64,000 nt of DNA from Vulcanimicrobiota bacterium (GTDB lineage: Bacteria > Vulcanimicrobiota > Vulcanimicrobiia > Vulcanimicrobiales > Vulcanimicrobiaceae). Where the stretch lies: positions 12,780 through 76,779 of the forward strand of contig JACRTY010000056.1 in the NCBI GenBank assembly GCA_014305025.1, read 5' to 3'. The notes beneath the pieces were generated by a model. That model searched no databases. It had not been told where the DNA came from and was given only the letters and a program-made list of their open reading frames with translations. The first letter of the stretch is position 1. Each line of letters opens with the position of its first letter. Positions 17,568 to 26,992 of the stretch are shown here, one piece after another. Made by a program: the position numbers and the translations under genes.

Positions 17568-18416
17568 CGGCTCTCCGCCCAGCGACCGGAGTGACTGGGG
17601 CACCGTGTCCACCGTCCCCGCCGGCAGCCGTGCCTGCAACATCTCTTCGAGCATCTCGGCATTGCGGACGGCTTGACCGCGACGGTGATTGTTGAAGAAA
17701 GCCAACACGTTTTCGGCTTGTTCGGTCGCCGCGATGTCGACAATCCGGTCCGCCCAAGGGGTCAGTTCTTGCGCACGATACAGATAGTCGTAGCGGCTCT
17801 CGTTCGTTCCCTTCCACCAGTTTTGGTAGTTCCGCCCGTGAAAGCGCACGTACGCGATGCGGCTGGTCACGTCGGTACTCGGCCGTAAGAGCGACCGAAA
17901 CTGCGGCTGGTCGACGTTGACGAGGCCAATTCCCAGGTCTTGCAGCAGCTCCAGCGTATCGTTCGTCTGCCATTCGCGGTTGCGGAACTCGGCCACGACG
18001 TCGATGCCCGTAAGCTCGCCGCGCAGCGCCGCGATGTACTCGTGCGTGGTCGCCGAGGGCCGGAACGACGTGGGGAATTGCATCAGCACGCAACCGAGCT
18101 TGCCGCTTGCCGCCAGCGGCTCGAGGTTGTGGCGGAAGAGCCGTACGTCATCGTGGACGGTCGGAGCCGTCAGATCGGGCAGGTGGGTGCCGCTGCCCGG
18201 AAGTTTGGCGGTGAAGCGAAAATCGGCCGGCGTCCGCCGGACCATCGATTCAAACGTCTTACGCGACGGCACGCGATAGTACGTCGAGTCGATTTCGACG
18301 GCCCGGAAGCGCTGCGCGTACAGTTCGAGCATCTGCGGCGGTCTCGTTCCGGGGGGATACACGGGGCCGACCCAATCGTTGTACGAGTATCCGCACGTCC
18401 CGACGGTAATCGTCAC
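17544..18416 (-). CDS. DUF72 family protein
   Basis: 290 aa. ITVGTCGYSYNDWVGPVYPPG...YAQRFRAVEIDSTYYRVPS...TPADFRFTAK matches the DUF72 pattern. Confidence 0.85.
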   Translation of the reverse strand: MTITVGTCGYSYNDWVGPVYPPGTRPPQMLELYAQRFRAVEIDSTYYRVPSRKTFESMVRRTPADFRFTAKLPGSGTHLPDLTAPTVHDDVRLFRHNLEPLAASGKLGCVLMQFPTSFRPSATTHEYIAALRGELTGIDVVAEFRNREWQTNDTLELLQDLGIGLVNVDQPQFRSLLRPSTDVTSRIAYVRFHGRNYQNWWKGTNESRYDYLYRAQELTPWADRIVDIAATEQAENVLAFFNNHRRGQAVRNAEMLEEMLQARLPAGTVDTVPQSLRSLGGEPLALDLGQ

Positions 18417-18432
18417 CGAAGCTGCAGCCGGT

Positions 18433-19458
18433 TCATTGTTTCAGCTCGTAATAGCGTCCGCGCTCGCGGGCGACGACGGTAAGCTTGCGCCGCGGGTTCG
18501 TCGGCGCGATGCCTTCCAAGGCCGCGCGCGCGTCTTGGAGCACCCGCGCCTCGACGTGGTAGCCGTGACCCGCCTTGTCGTCGCTCTTATAGTAACCGAC
18601 GTCGATCGTATCGACCCCGCCGCACAGCACGAGCTCGCTGCCCGCTTGTCCCGCGCGTTGAAATCCGTGCAGCGACTGCGATTGACGCAGCGCGAGGTCT
18701 TTATTGGAGACGTACAGCGTCACCGGAGCCGAACTCTTGGGGTTTTCTGGCGGCCGGCCGCCACACAAACCCGTGTCGGCGAGCGCCGCGTGCAACGTAT
18801 CGGCGTCAATATCAGGCGCAAAGAAGACAGCGCGCCGGAAACACGTCGGACATGGACCGCGTCGGATGGTCTCGATGCCGTCGGCGGCGAACCGCGCGCC
18901 GAGACTGTGCGAAGCGACGTAGAGCGGCACATTGCGATACCGCTCGACGAGCGATGCGACGAACCGCCGGAAGCGCGCCATCGACCACCCGGCGTTGGCC
19001 TCGTCCTTGACGTACGCGAGCCGGCTCGTGACCTTCGCCGGCCAAGAATAGACGATCAGGGGACCCGCAAAGTGAAGCCCGCGCCGAATCGCAAGCCCGT
19101 CGCGGATTGCCGTGCGGAAGGGCGTGTAATATCCGTGGATGTAGAGGAGCACCTGGCGCGCGTCTTTCGGCGTGAAGCTTTGCGCGAGCGCTGCGAAGAA
19201 TGCCCGCTCGGAAGAACAACGCTGTTCGCGCCGCTCGTCTTTCCCGCTGATGACGCCGCGCGTCACGATCGCGTCGCGATCCTTCGTTAGCCCGCGCTCG
19301 CCGCTAAAAAGCTGGTCGCCTCCGACCGGTTCGCGATCGGTTACGAAGTAGGCGCCGTCGGCGGGCGCACGCGTGCATTCCGCCCAAGCCCTCTCGCGAA
19401 GGGCGAACACCGCGACGAGCAGGGTGACGGCGGCAAGAGAGGTTCGCACGCATCGCAT
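18433..19458 (-). CDS. Secreted alpha/beta hydrolase, DUF900-like
   Basis: LLYIHGYYTPF...IVYSWPAK...YVKDEANA...LYVASHSLGARF. Start moved to MRCVRTSLAAVTLLVAVFAL (signal peptide) at 19458. Confidence 0.7.
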   Translation of the reverse strand: MRCVRTSLAAVTLLVAVFALRERAWAECTRAPADGAYFVTDREPVGGDQLFSGERGLTKDRDAIVTRGVISGKDERREQRCSSERAFFAALAQSFTPKDARQVLLYIHGYYTPFRTAIRDGLAIRRGLHFAGPLIVYSWPAKVTSRLAYVKDEANAGWSMARFRRFVASLVERYRNVPLYVASHSLGARFAADGIETIRRGPCPTCFRRAVFFAPDIDADTLHAALADTGLCGGRPPENPKSSAPVTLYVSNKDLALRQSQSLHGFQRAGQAGSELVLCGGVDTIDVGYYKSDDKAGHGYHVEARVLQDARAALEGIAPTNPRRKLTVVARERGRYYELKQ

Positions 19459-19537
19459 CCGTACCGATACGGCAACGCAGCCCGCAAACGCTGCCGGCAC
19501 GCAGGAAGCCACGGTTAGGTGCCGACAGGCACTAAGC

Positions 19538-20341
19538 GTGACGAAGTATCGCTACGGTGAGATGACGTGGCCGGAAGTGAAGGTCGCCGCCGACGAAGGG
19601 CGGCTCGCCGTCGTGCCGATCGCGACCATCGAAGACCATGGGCGCCATCTGCCGGTCGATACCGACCTCCTGCTGTGCACCGCCGTCACCGAAGAAGCCG
19701 TCTCTCGCGCGCGCGATCGCGCCGTCGTCATTCCCGCGATCAATCACGGCTACAGTCCGCACCACCTGGATTTCCCCGGCGCCCTGACGATCGGGGCGCA
19801 GACGCTGATCGCCTATGGGCTCGACGTTTGCAAAAGCCTGGCGCACCACGGTTTTCGCAGAATCCTCATCGTGAACGGCCACGGCAGCAACACGCCCTTC
19901 GTCGATATCATCGCGCGCTTGACGACGGTCGAGACGCAGTCGTTGTGCGCCGCCGTCAACTATTGGGCGGCGCCGGGCGTGCGCGAGGTCGCGAACGGCC
20001 TGCGCGGATCGCAACCGCGAGGCGGGATGAACCATGCCGGCGAGTTCGAGACGTCGCTCTATCTGGCGCTGCGTCCGCAGTGCGTCGATATGAGCCTCGC
20101 GGTGCCTGAGTACGGGCATCGGCCGAGCAAAAACTATTGGACCGATCTGATCGATGGTGATGGGCCTCTGGTGATGATGGAACCTTGGAGCGTGCTGAGC
20201 GAAAGCGGCGTGATGGGCGATCCCACGACGGCGTCGGCCGAAAAGGGACGCGCGCTGTTCGATGCCGCAGCAAACGGGCTCGTCGAGTTGATCGACGAGA
20301 TGCGGGCACGCGCGATCGAGCCTCGTCGGGACCACCACTGA
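19538..20341 (+). CDS. Creatininase-family amidohydrolase
   Basis: TWPEVKVAADEGRLAVVPIATIEDHGRHLPVDTD, NGHGSN and EFETS motifs. Start GTG 19538 or ATG 19562. Confidence 0.8.
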   Translation: MTKYRYGEMTWPEVKVAADEGRLAVVPIATIEDHGRHLPVDTDLLLCTAVTEEAVSRARDRAVVIPAINHGYSPHHLDFPGALTIGAQTLIAYGLDVCKSLAHHGFRRILIVNGHGSNTPFVDIIARLTTVETQSLCAAVNYWAAPGVREVANGLRGSQPRGGMNHAGEFETSLYLALRPQCVDMSLAVPEYGHRPSKNYWTDLIDGDGPLVMMEPWSVLSESGVMGDPTTASAEKGRALFDAAANGLVELIDEMRARAIEPRRDHH

Positions 20342-20364
20342 AGCGCTCGAAGCGGGCGACCGCG

Positions 20365-21981
20365 ATGCTGCTCGCCCTGCTTGCGGCGACGGCGTGCACG
20401 GCGGCCCACGAAGCCTCCGGCCGCCGTTCCGAGCGCAATGCGTGGACCGTCCCGGGCGTGCTGCGCATGGCGGGCCGCCAAGAACCGGAGAACCTCAATC
20501 CGCTGCTCGGCACGCAAACGATCGACATCGATCTCTCGATGTTCTGGGCGGGCTATCTCTTCAATTGGAGCGATCGCAACGCGCTCGTTCCAGAACTCGC
20601 ATCGCGCGTTCCAACCCTCGAGAACGGCGATATCGCGCAGAATGGCCTTGCGATCACGTATCATCTGCGCCGCAACGTGCGCTGGCAGGACGCTGCGCCG
20701 TTCGATGCAGCCGACGTGATCTACACATGGCAGCAGATGCTCAACCCCCGCAACCTCGTCGTCAGCCGCGTGGGCTACGACCTCGTCACGCGCATCGACG
20801 AGCGCGATCCTTATACGATCGTCGTTCACCTCAAACATCCGTTCGCGCCGTTCGTCAACACGTTCTTCACGATGGCCAACCACTCGAACTGCATACTACC
20901 GAAACATCTGCTGGCGCGTTACGCGGACATCAATCGGGCGCCGTTCAACTCGCTGCCGATCGGAACGGGGCCCTTTCGCATCGCGAGTTACGAGCGGGGT
21001 TCGCGGATTGCGTTCGTCGCGAACGACGGCTACTGGCGCGGACCACCGAAGCTGCGCCGCATCGAGTACCAGATCGTTCCGAGCGACGACGCAATCCTCA
21101 CGCTGTTGCGTTCGCATGCGATCGACTTCTATTTTCGTGCGGCTGAAACGCTTGCGCCGAGCGTCCGCGCAATACCGGGAACTCGCATCGTGCTGGCGCC
21201 GTTTTTCCGCTTCGCGGACCTGGGGCTCAACGCCGGCGTACCGGCGCTGGCCGACCGCCGGGTGCGTCAAGGGTTGGCCTTTGCCACCGACAAGGCCGCG
21301 CTCGTTGCCAAAGTGACGCACGGCGTGGCGTTGTCCGGCAACACCGATCAACCGCCGTGGTCGTGGGCATACGATGCGCACGCGGCATCGCAGGCGTACG
21401 ATCCGAAGCACGCCGCGGCGTTGCTCGAGTCAGCCGGATGGAGCGTGGGGGCGGACGGCATGCGGCGCAAGAACGGCGTTCCGCTGCGCCTGACGCTCGT
21501 CGGGTTCACCGGCTCCAACACCGCAGCGTCGGCGGAAGTGCAGGTGCAGTCGCAGTGGCGTAAGGCCGGCGTCGATGTCACCGTCAAAAATTTCTCGAGC
21601 GCGCAGCTGTACGCCACGCTCGGGATGGGCGGCATCGAGCAGTCCGGCAAGTTCGACGTCGCCTTCGAAAACTGGGCCGGCGGCACGGATCCCGACGATG
21701 CGCTTCTCTACCGCTGCGCCATGGCGCCCCCCGCCGGCTGGAATATCTACCATCTGTGCAACCGCGCGCTCGACGCGGCCGAGCAGACCGCGCTCTCGCA
21801 CTACGATCGCGCCACGCGGCGTGCCGCTTATGCGACGATCCAACGCATCGCCGCTACGGAAGTCCCGTTCATCGTGCTGTGGTATCAGCGCGAGTTCGAC
21901 GTCGTCAACTCCGATTTATCGGGTTATCGCCCGGCCAGCGCGGTGACGCCGTTTTGGAATACGTGGGAGTGGAGCATGTGA
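20365..21981 (+). CDS. ABC-type substrate-binding protein, family 5 (peptide/nickel type), paralog 1
   Basis: Signal/lipobox-like MLLALLAATAC, then ENLNPLLG...WAGYLFNWSDRNALVPELA...VRWQDAAPFDAADVIYTW. ATG 20365 lies inside ORF 20185..21981. Confidence 0.85.
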   Translation: MLLALLAATACTAAHEASGRRSERNAWTVPGVLRMAGRQEPENLNPLLGTQTIDIDLSMFWAGYLFNWSDRNALVPELASRVPTLENGDIAQNGLAITYHLRRNVRWQDAAPFDAADVIYTWQQMLNPRNLVVSRVGYDLVTRIDERDPYTIVVHLKHPFAPFVNTFFTMANHSNCILPKHLLARYADINRAPFNSLPIGTGPFRIASYERGSRIAFVANDGYWRGPPKLRRIEYQIVPSDDAILTLLRSHAIDFYFRAAETLAPSVRAIPGTRIVLAPFFRFADLGLNAGVPALADRRVRQGLAFATDKAALVAKVTHGVALSGNTDQPPWSWAYDAHAASQAYDPKHAAALLESAGWSVGADGMRRKNGVPLRLTLVGFTGSNTAASAEVQVQSQWRKAGVDVTVKNFSSAQLYATLGMGGIEQSGKFDVAFENWAGGTDPDDALLYRCAMAPPAGWNIYHLCNRALDAAEQTALSHYDRATRRAAYATIQRIAATEVPFIVLWYQREFDVVNSDLSGYRPASAVTPFWNTWEWSM

Positions 21982-23111
21982 AGCGCTCCGCGTTTGCCGC
22001 GCTGGCTGCCACGGCGCTCGCTGCCGCGGGACCGTCCGCGCGCCTTCGCGCCGCTGGCCTGTCGCTCGTAAGCCAGGAGATGCAATGGGCCGGCGTTCCG
22101 GGCGCCTCGCTCGCCATGATCCGCGACACGTCGGTTGCGGCGGCGCATTTCGGCGTGCGCGACGCGGCCACGCGCGCACCGGTTACCGCCGACACGATTT
22201 TCGAAGCCGCCTCGCTCTCGAAGCCGGTGTTCGCCTTTGCCGTGTTGGCGCTGGTCCGTGCCGGTAAACTCGACCTCGATCGTTCGCTCGATGCGTACCT
22301 GCCGCAGCCGTACCCCATCGCGGATCCGCGGGGGAAGGCGATCACGGCGCGACATGTCCTTACGCACACAAGCGGGCTTGCCAACTGGCGCCACGCGGCG
22401 GGGGAACCGCTCAAACTCCACTTCTCACCCGGAACGCGGTACCGGTATTCCGGCGAAGGATTCTACTTTTTGCAGACCGTGGTGGAACGGATTACGGGAC
22501 GGTCAACTTCCCAGTTTATGCGCGCGGCGCTCGACCGGCTCGGCATGCGCCGCAGTTCCTACGTGTGGCGTCGCTCGTACGCACGCGACGCCGCCCTGCC
22601 GTACGGCCTCAACGGACGTCCGCTGCGGCACGATACGGCACTGCTCGGCGACGAGCTCATTGCGGCGGCGGCCGACACGAAGCCGCTGTCGGCTTGGACG
22701 GTCGCCGATGCCTTGGCTGCGTTACCGCGCCTACGCCCTCCGCGCGCCGCCCTGCCCTGGAACGCGATGCCCAATGCGGCGTGGTCCTTGCTGACGACCG
22801 GGAGTGACTACGCGCGTTTCGTGCAGGCGCTTCTGCAGCATCCCGACGATCCGATGCTGCGGCCGGCCGTTCGAGTCGGTCGCTACGTCTGGCGCGGGCT
22901 CGGCATCGCGCTGCAGAAGCGCGGCGCCGCCCTCTCGTTCTTTCACACCGGCGCCAACCCGGGTTTCAAAGCCGTCATGTTCGGTGACCTGCGCGCGAAG
23001 CGCGGCGTCGTCTCGTTCACGAACAGCGACGGCGGCTTTCCCTTCAACATGCACGTCGTTGAACGGGTGCTCGGCGACCAACCTGCAGTCTTCGACTTGG
23101 AGCAACCCTAG
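21978..23111 (+). CDS. Serine hydrolase, beta-lactamase family
   Basis: GTG 21978 in a GTGA overlap with the SBP stop. Signal peptide VKRSAFAALAATALAAAG. SxxK motif ASLSKPV. HTSGL motif. Confidence 0.8.
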   Translation: MKRSAFAALAATALAAAGPSARLRAAGLSLVSQEMQWAGVPGASLAMIRDTSVAAAHFGVRDAATRAPVTADTIFEAASLSKPVFAFAVLALVRAGKLDLDRSLDAYLPQPYPIADPRGKAITARHVLTHTSGLANWRHAAGEPLKLHFSPGTRYRYSGEGFYFLQTVVERITGRSTSQFMRAALDRLGMRRSSYVWRRSYARDAALPYGLNGRPLRHDTALLGDELIAAAADTKPLSAWTVADALAALPRLRPPRAALPWNAMPNAAWSLLTTGSDYARFVQALLQHPDDPMLRPAVRVGRYVWRGLGIALQKRGAALSFFHTGANPGFKAVMFGDLRAKRGVVSFTNSDGGFPFNMHVVERVLGDQPAVFDLEQP

Positions 23112-23144
23112 AGGCTAGTGCCGTCTCGGCACACGAGAATGCGT

Positions 23145-23176
23145 CAGCGGTTCCCGGCGCGGCGCGGGAACCGCTG
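23145..23176. terminator. Perfect 12-bp stem hairpin between convergent genes
   Basis: cagcggttcccg - gcgcggcg - cgggaaccgctg. Lies between stop 23111 (+) and stop 23220 (-). No clear U-tract. Confidence 0.5.
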
Positions 23177-23219
23177 AGCTGACTTGCCGCCTCCTCGTGG
23201 GTCGGCGCGCGCGCAGCGG

Positions 23220-23630
23220 TTAGCGGACCGGGGGAGTGCTCGTCGTCGTCACGACGCCCGGTCTGGCGCCGGCATTGCGACGCATGCCGAGGAGACCGAA
23301 CAGTCCGAGAAGCCCGACCAAACCCCACAGGCCGCCACCCCCGCCGCCTCCGTTCGCGGTACCGTTGGCCGTAGCAATGCCACCGCTGTTCTGGCCGCCC
23401 GCGGCGCCGCCACTGTTGTTCTCCGTCGCGGCCCCACCGTTCTGGGCGACGACGGTGGTGGCACCGCCGGCGTGTTCTCGCGCGGTGGAACCCGCGGGGG
23501 CCTGTACCGTTGCAACATGGCTGCTGGGGAGCGCCGTGTTGGCCGCCGCCGGCACAAGCGCTATGGGGAGCAAAGCCGTGGTCAGGGCGGCGACCCCAGC
23601 AAGGCGGCTCAAATATCGACGTGTGCTCAT
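23220..23630 (-). CDS. Secreted Gly/Asn/Ala-rich protein with WGxxGxxG-type C-terminal hydrophobic tail
   Basis: 136 aa. Signal peptide MSTRRYLSRLAGVAALTTALLPIALVPAAA, low-complexity middle, and C-terminus GGGGGGGLWGLVGLLGLFGLLGMRRN. Confidence 0.6.
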   Translation of the reverse strand: MSTRRYLSRLAGVAALTTALLPIALVPAAANTALPSSHVATVQAPAGSTAREHAGGATTVVAQNGGAATENNSGGAAGGQNSGGIATANGTANGGGGGGGLWGLVGLLGLFGLLGMRRNAGARPGVVTTTSTPPVR

Positions 23631-23631
23631 G

Positions 23632-24171
23632 CTACATCACCGACTCGACGACGAGCACCTCAACGCCGCCGCGTCGATAGACCCGCCCCATCACGTTCAC
23701 CGTTTTGCCGATATCGTTGCTGAGCCGGTTTTCGATGCGCTTCTCGTCATTGCCGCCGTTGCCGCCGGCGTTGCCGTTCCCGTTACCGTTGTTGCTGCCC
23801 CCAGAACTCGCGGAGCCGCCGTTGTGAGCGCCGCTCCGCGGGGTGATCTCGATTAAGTATATCTGATCGTTGGAAACGAGCCCCAACGGCCGGGGCAACT
23901 GAGCGCCCTTGTTATTGCTGCCGCCTCCGTTTCCGCCCGCATTGCCGTTGCTTTGGTTGCTCGACCGACGGGTGACGTACGACAGCAGGTCCACGATGGT
24001 GCCGGACATCCGCTGCGACATTCCCTCCATCATGGAACCGGACATCTGGCCCGGCTCGGGGTTTTGGGCCGCCTGCAGCGGCATCGTCACGACGGGTGCG
24101 GCGGCTTGTGCGGGCGCGACGCCCGTGACTCCGAGAGCCGCCACCGCAGTGGAAAGTAAGAGTTGTCTCAC
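23632..24171 (-). CDS. Secreted Met- and Gly/Asn-rich protein, unknown function
   Basis: GTG 24171 preceded by GGAGGA (24179..24184) at 7 nt. (M)RQLLLSTAVAALGVTGVAPAQA signal peptide. Segments QMSGSMMEGMSQRMSG and SNNGNGNGNAGGNGGN. The stop is 1 nt from the next ATG. Confidence 0.55.
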   Translation of the reverse strand: MRQLLLSTAVAALGVTGVAPAQAAAPVVTMPLQAAQNPEPGQMSGSMMEGMSQRMSGTIVDLLSYVTRRSSNQSNGNAGGNGGGSNNKGAQLPRPLGLVSNDQIYLIEITPRSGAHNGGSASSGGSNNGNGNGNAGGNGGNDEKRIENRLSNDIGKTVNVMGRVYRRGGVEVLVVESVM

Positions 24172-24378
24172 GACGTATTCCTCCATTCGGCCCGACAGCG
24201 CCGTGGCGCTCGACCGGTCTCTAAGGGCGTATTCGCAGCGGGTCCCCCGAAGCGCTTGCCTGACCGTTTCGGGGGCACGACGCGGTACTAGTAGGTTCCC
24301 ACAGAAGTTGGAGTGCAACACGCTCGTTCACTACTAAAGCTTGCGGCCGAGATGCCGCCGACCGATTGCCAGGCCGCT

Positions 24379-25995
24379 TCAGTTGCTGATCCGCGCCGGC
24401 GTCGTGAGGATCAACGTCGGCCCCGGGTTGACGTTGTGGAAATCGCTGTTGATCGTGAAGTGACCGGTTACGGCCGACAGGGTGATGCTCGGCAGATCGT
24501 GCGCAAGGACTTCTTGGATGCGCACGTAGTCGGCGCGTCGGCGCGCACGATCGTAGTGAACCAGCGCGTCGTGCAGCAGGCGCTCGACCTCGGGATTGCA
24601 GTAACGTGATTCATTTTGTCCCCGCGGCGAGACCGCAGCGCAGGAGTAGAGGTCGCTCAGGTCGGGATCGACGCCCCAATACCATTGATAGAGCGCCAGG
24701 TCGAACTTTCCGCTCGCGAGGATGCCGTCGGGATGCGCGAAGAGTTCGTTTGCGGGATAGCGCCGGTACGCTAACTCCACGCCGATCTTGGCGAAAGAGC
24801 TCTGCATCAGAACGGCGGCTTCCAGGCGCGTGAGATTCCCGACGGTAGAGACGAGCGTTAAGCGTAGCGCGTGACCGTTCTTCTCGCGGATGCCGCTACG
24901 GCCCATCTTCCAGCCGGATGCGTCGAGCAAGCGATTCGCAGCGGCGAGATCGAACGGCACGCAGGGCGTACGCGCGTCGTACGCCCAACTGCCCGGAGGC
25001 ACCGGCGAGCACGAGAGCGCTCCGGACCCCCGATCGATCTTCTGCAGGATCGTCTGCCGATCGATCGCATGCGCCAACGCCTCACGGACGCGGCGGTCGC
25101 CCAGGATGGGGCGCTGCAGATTGAAGTCGATGTGATCGAACGAGGTCGTGGGAAAATCGAGCGTGCGTGTTCCCGCAACGGCTTTGGCGCTCGGATACTC
25201 TTCGTTCGGAATGCGCGCGAACCCATCGAGTTCGTGGGTGCGCAGTTGGTTGATGGCGGCCGTGGCATCGGGGATGATGCGGTAGGTTATGCGCCGCAGT
25301 TGCGGGCGGCCGCCCCACCAGCGATCGAACGCCGCCAACTCGACGTCGTTGCCGCGCGACCAGCGCACGTAGCGGAACGGCCCCAGCCCGACCGGCAGCC
25401 CGTTATAGGCGGCGTGATTGAGGTCTTGACCGCGCAACACGTGCGCGGGCACAATCCCGGAGCCGACGTGCGGCGTGAGAAACAGAGAAACAAACGGTGC
25501 ATACGGTTCGCGCAAGTGGACCACAACGGTATAGGGGTCGGGCGTCCCAACACTCGTGATGTCGTCGAAGCCCAACCGATTGGCGACGTTGAAGCGCGGA
25601 TCGAGAATCGTTGCGACGGAGAACGCCACATCGGCGGACGTGAACGGCGCTCCGTCATGCCAAACGACCCCGTGCCGTAACGTGTAGACGATCGTCTTGC
25701 CGTCGGCCGAGATGAGATGGTTGGCTTGCGTCGGAACCGCCACGGCCAGCGACGGCACGAGCGTCCCCGCGGCGTTGGGCAGGACGAGATAGCCTTGCGT
25801 CAGCGCGGAGAGGTCGGTGACGAGAATTTCGGTCGTCAGCAGTGGATTGAGGTTGTCGATGTCCTCGCCTTCGGTCCAGCTCAATTCGCCGGCGCGGGTC
25901 CACGCATGTCTCGTCCCGCTGGGCGCTGCGCGCAGGCACGCCGCTACGATCAAGACGCACGTCAGGAGCGCAGCGCCGCGGGCGACGGCTTTCAC
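24379..25995 (-). CDS. ABC-type substrate-binding protein, family 5, paralog 2
   Basis: 538 aa. Signal peptide MKAVARGAALLTCVLIVAACL. DNLNPLL...VVWHDGAPFTSADV. Colinear with the paralogs at 20365 and 63168. Confidence 0.85.
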   Translation of the reverse strand: MKAVARGAALLTCVLIVAACLRAAPSGTRHAWTRAGELSWTEGEDIDNLNPLLTTEILVTDLSALTQGYLVLPNAAGTLVPSLAVAVPTQANHLISADGKTIVYTLRHGVVWHDGAPFTSADVAFSVATILDPRFNVANRLGFDDITSVGTPDPYTVVVHLREPYAPFVSLFLTPHVGSGIVPAHVLRGQDLNHAAYNGLPVGLGPFRYVRWSRGNDVELAAFDRWWGGRPQLRRITYRIIPDATAAINQLRTHELDGFARIPNEEYPSAKAVAGTRTLDFPTTSFDHIDFNLQRPILGDRRVREALAHAIDRQTILQKIDRGSGALSCSPVPPGSWAYDARTPCVPFDLAAANRLLDASGWKMGRSGIREKNGHALRLTLVSTVGNLTRLEAAVLMQSSFAKIGVELAYRRYPANELFAHPDGILASGKFDLALYQWYWGVDPDLSDLYSCAAVSPRGQNESRYCNPEVERLLHDALVHYDRARRRADYVRIQEVLAHDLPSITLSAVTGHFTINSDFHNVNPGPTLILTTPARISN

Positions 25996-26014
25996 GAAGC
26001 GGCGTTCGCGGCGC

Positions 26015-26992
26015 TTATGGTACGAGACCCGGTTCGGCAGCCGCCGCCTCGACTGGCAAAACGTGCCGCGCGCACGGACCGCGATCGTTGCGCCCAGGAA
26101 CGTAGGTCACAAACGTCCCCTCACGGAGTTCGTTGAAATCGTCGCCCTCCACGTCGGTCCAGTGGAAGAAGACGTCGCCCTGCGTCTCACCGTCGACGAT
26201 AAAGCCCCAGCCGTTCTTGATGAACTTGACGAGCCCGGTGCGGCCAATGCCCAGCGGCGCATCGTCTGCCGGTTCGAAATCCGCCTCGTCGAACGTTAGG
26301 TCGCCGAGTTGCGCTTCGGGCAGCAGTCGTTCCGTGCCCGTAAAGGGCGTGAAGAACGGGCGCTTAACGAATAAACCATCGACGAGCGGATCGTCCGCCC
26401 GGGTCTCATCGTCCATCACGTCGCTCATCATGATCGGGTACGTCGCTTCGTCGAGCAAAATCTGCGACGTACGGGTTTCTCGCTCGAGACCGTCGGCACC
26501 GAGCGATTTGAAGTTCCAGCCTAGCAGCAGCACGCGCGCGCCGAAGGTCGCGAGCTTGCGCAAGAGCGGCACGTAATCCGAATCGCCTGCGATCAGGACG
26601 ACGACGCTATACTTCTTGAGGATGACGAGTTCGAAGGCTTCGAGCGCGAGCCAAACGTCGATGCCTTTTTCCCCGTAGCGTGTGAGCGGCGTGTAGTGGG
26701 TCGTGATGCCGGCGCGCATGAGCACTTCGTCGAACGAGCGTTCGGCGGCCAAGTTCGCGTCGCGTGCCGATTTACGCCCCCGGAAGTAGTGCGCGTCGAC
26801 GATCTGGCAATACCGAATCTCGGTAGACTCTTGCGCCGCGATCTCGCTGCGCACGAACTCGTGCAGCCCGTTGAAGTCGATACGGGCGTGCCGCGGATGC
26901 TGGTAGTTGTAATGGTTGCTGACATGCGAAAAGAAGTTGCCGTCGTAAAAAACCGCAATGCGAACCAGCCGGTTATCGGTTGCGTTCATCAA
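26015..26992 (-). CDS. NYN (LabA-like PIN-related nuclease) domain fused to a C-terminal cold-shock domain
   Basis: RIAVFYDGNFF...GEKGIDVWLALEA...VVLIAGDSDYVPLLRKL...GARVLLLGW (NYN). C-terminus GLVKFIKNGWGFIVDGETQGDVFFHWTDVEG...LREGTFVTY (CSD RNP-like motifs). Confidence 0.75.
   Translation of the reverse strand: MMNATDNRLVRIAVFYDGNFFSHVSNHYNYQHPRHARIDFNGLHEFVRSEIAAQESTEIRYCQIVDAHYFRGRKSARDANLAAERSFDEVLMRAGITTHYTPLTRYGEKGIDVWLALEAFELVILKKYSVVVLIAGDSDYVPLLRKLATFGARVLLLGWNFKSLGADGLERETRTSQILLDEATYPIMMSDVMDDETRADDPLVDGLFVKRPFFTPFTGTERLLPEAQLGDLTFDEADFEPADDAPLGIGRTGLVKFIKNGWGFIVDGETQGDVFFHWTDVEGDDFNELREGTFVTYVPGRNDRGPCARHVLPVEAAAAEPGLVP

Noticed and set aside
24172-24378. 207-nt leader upstream of the Gly/Asn-rich gene, with an 8-bp stem (cccccgaa...ttcggggg), as a possible riboswitch
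   Set aside because: It has a single stem with a 16-nt loop and no match to any riboswitch consensus I know. It may just be the terminator or leader region after the SBP gene.
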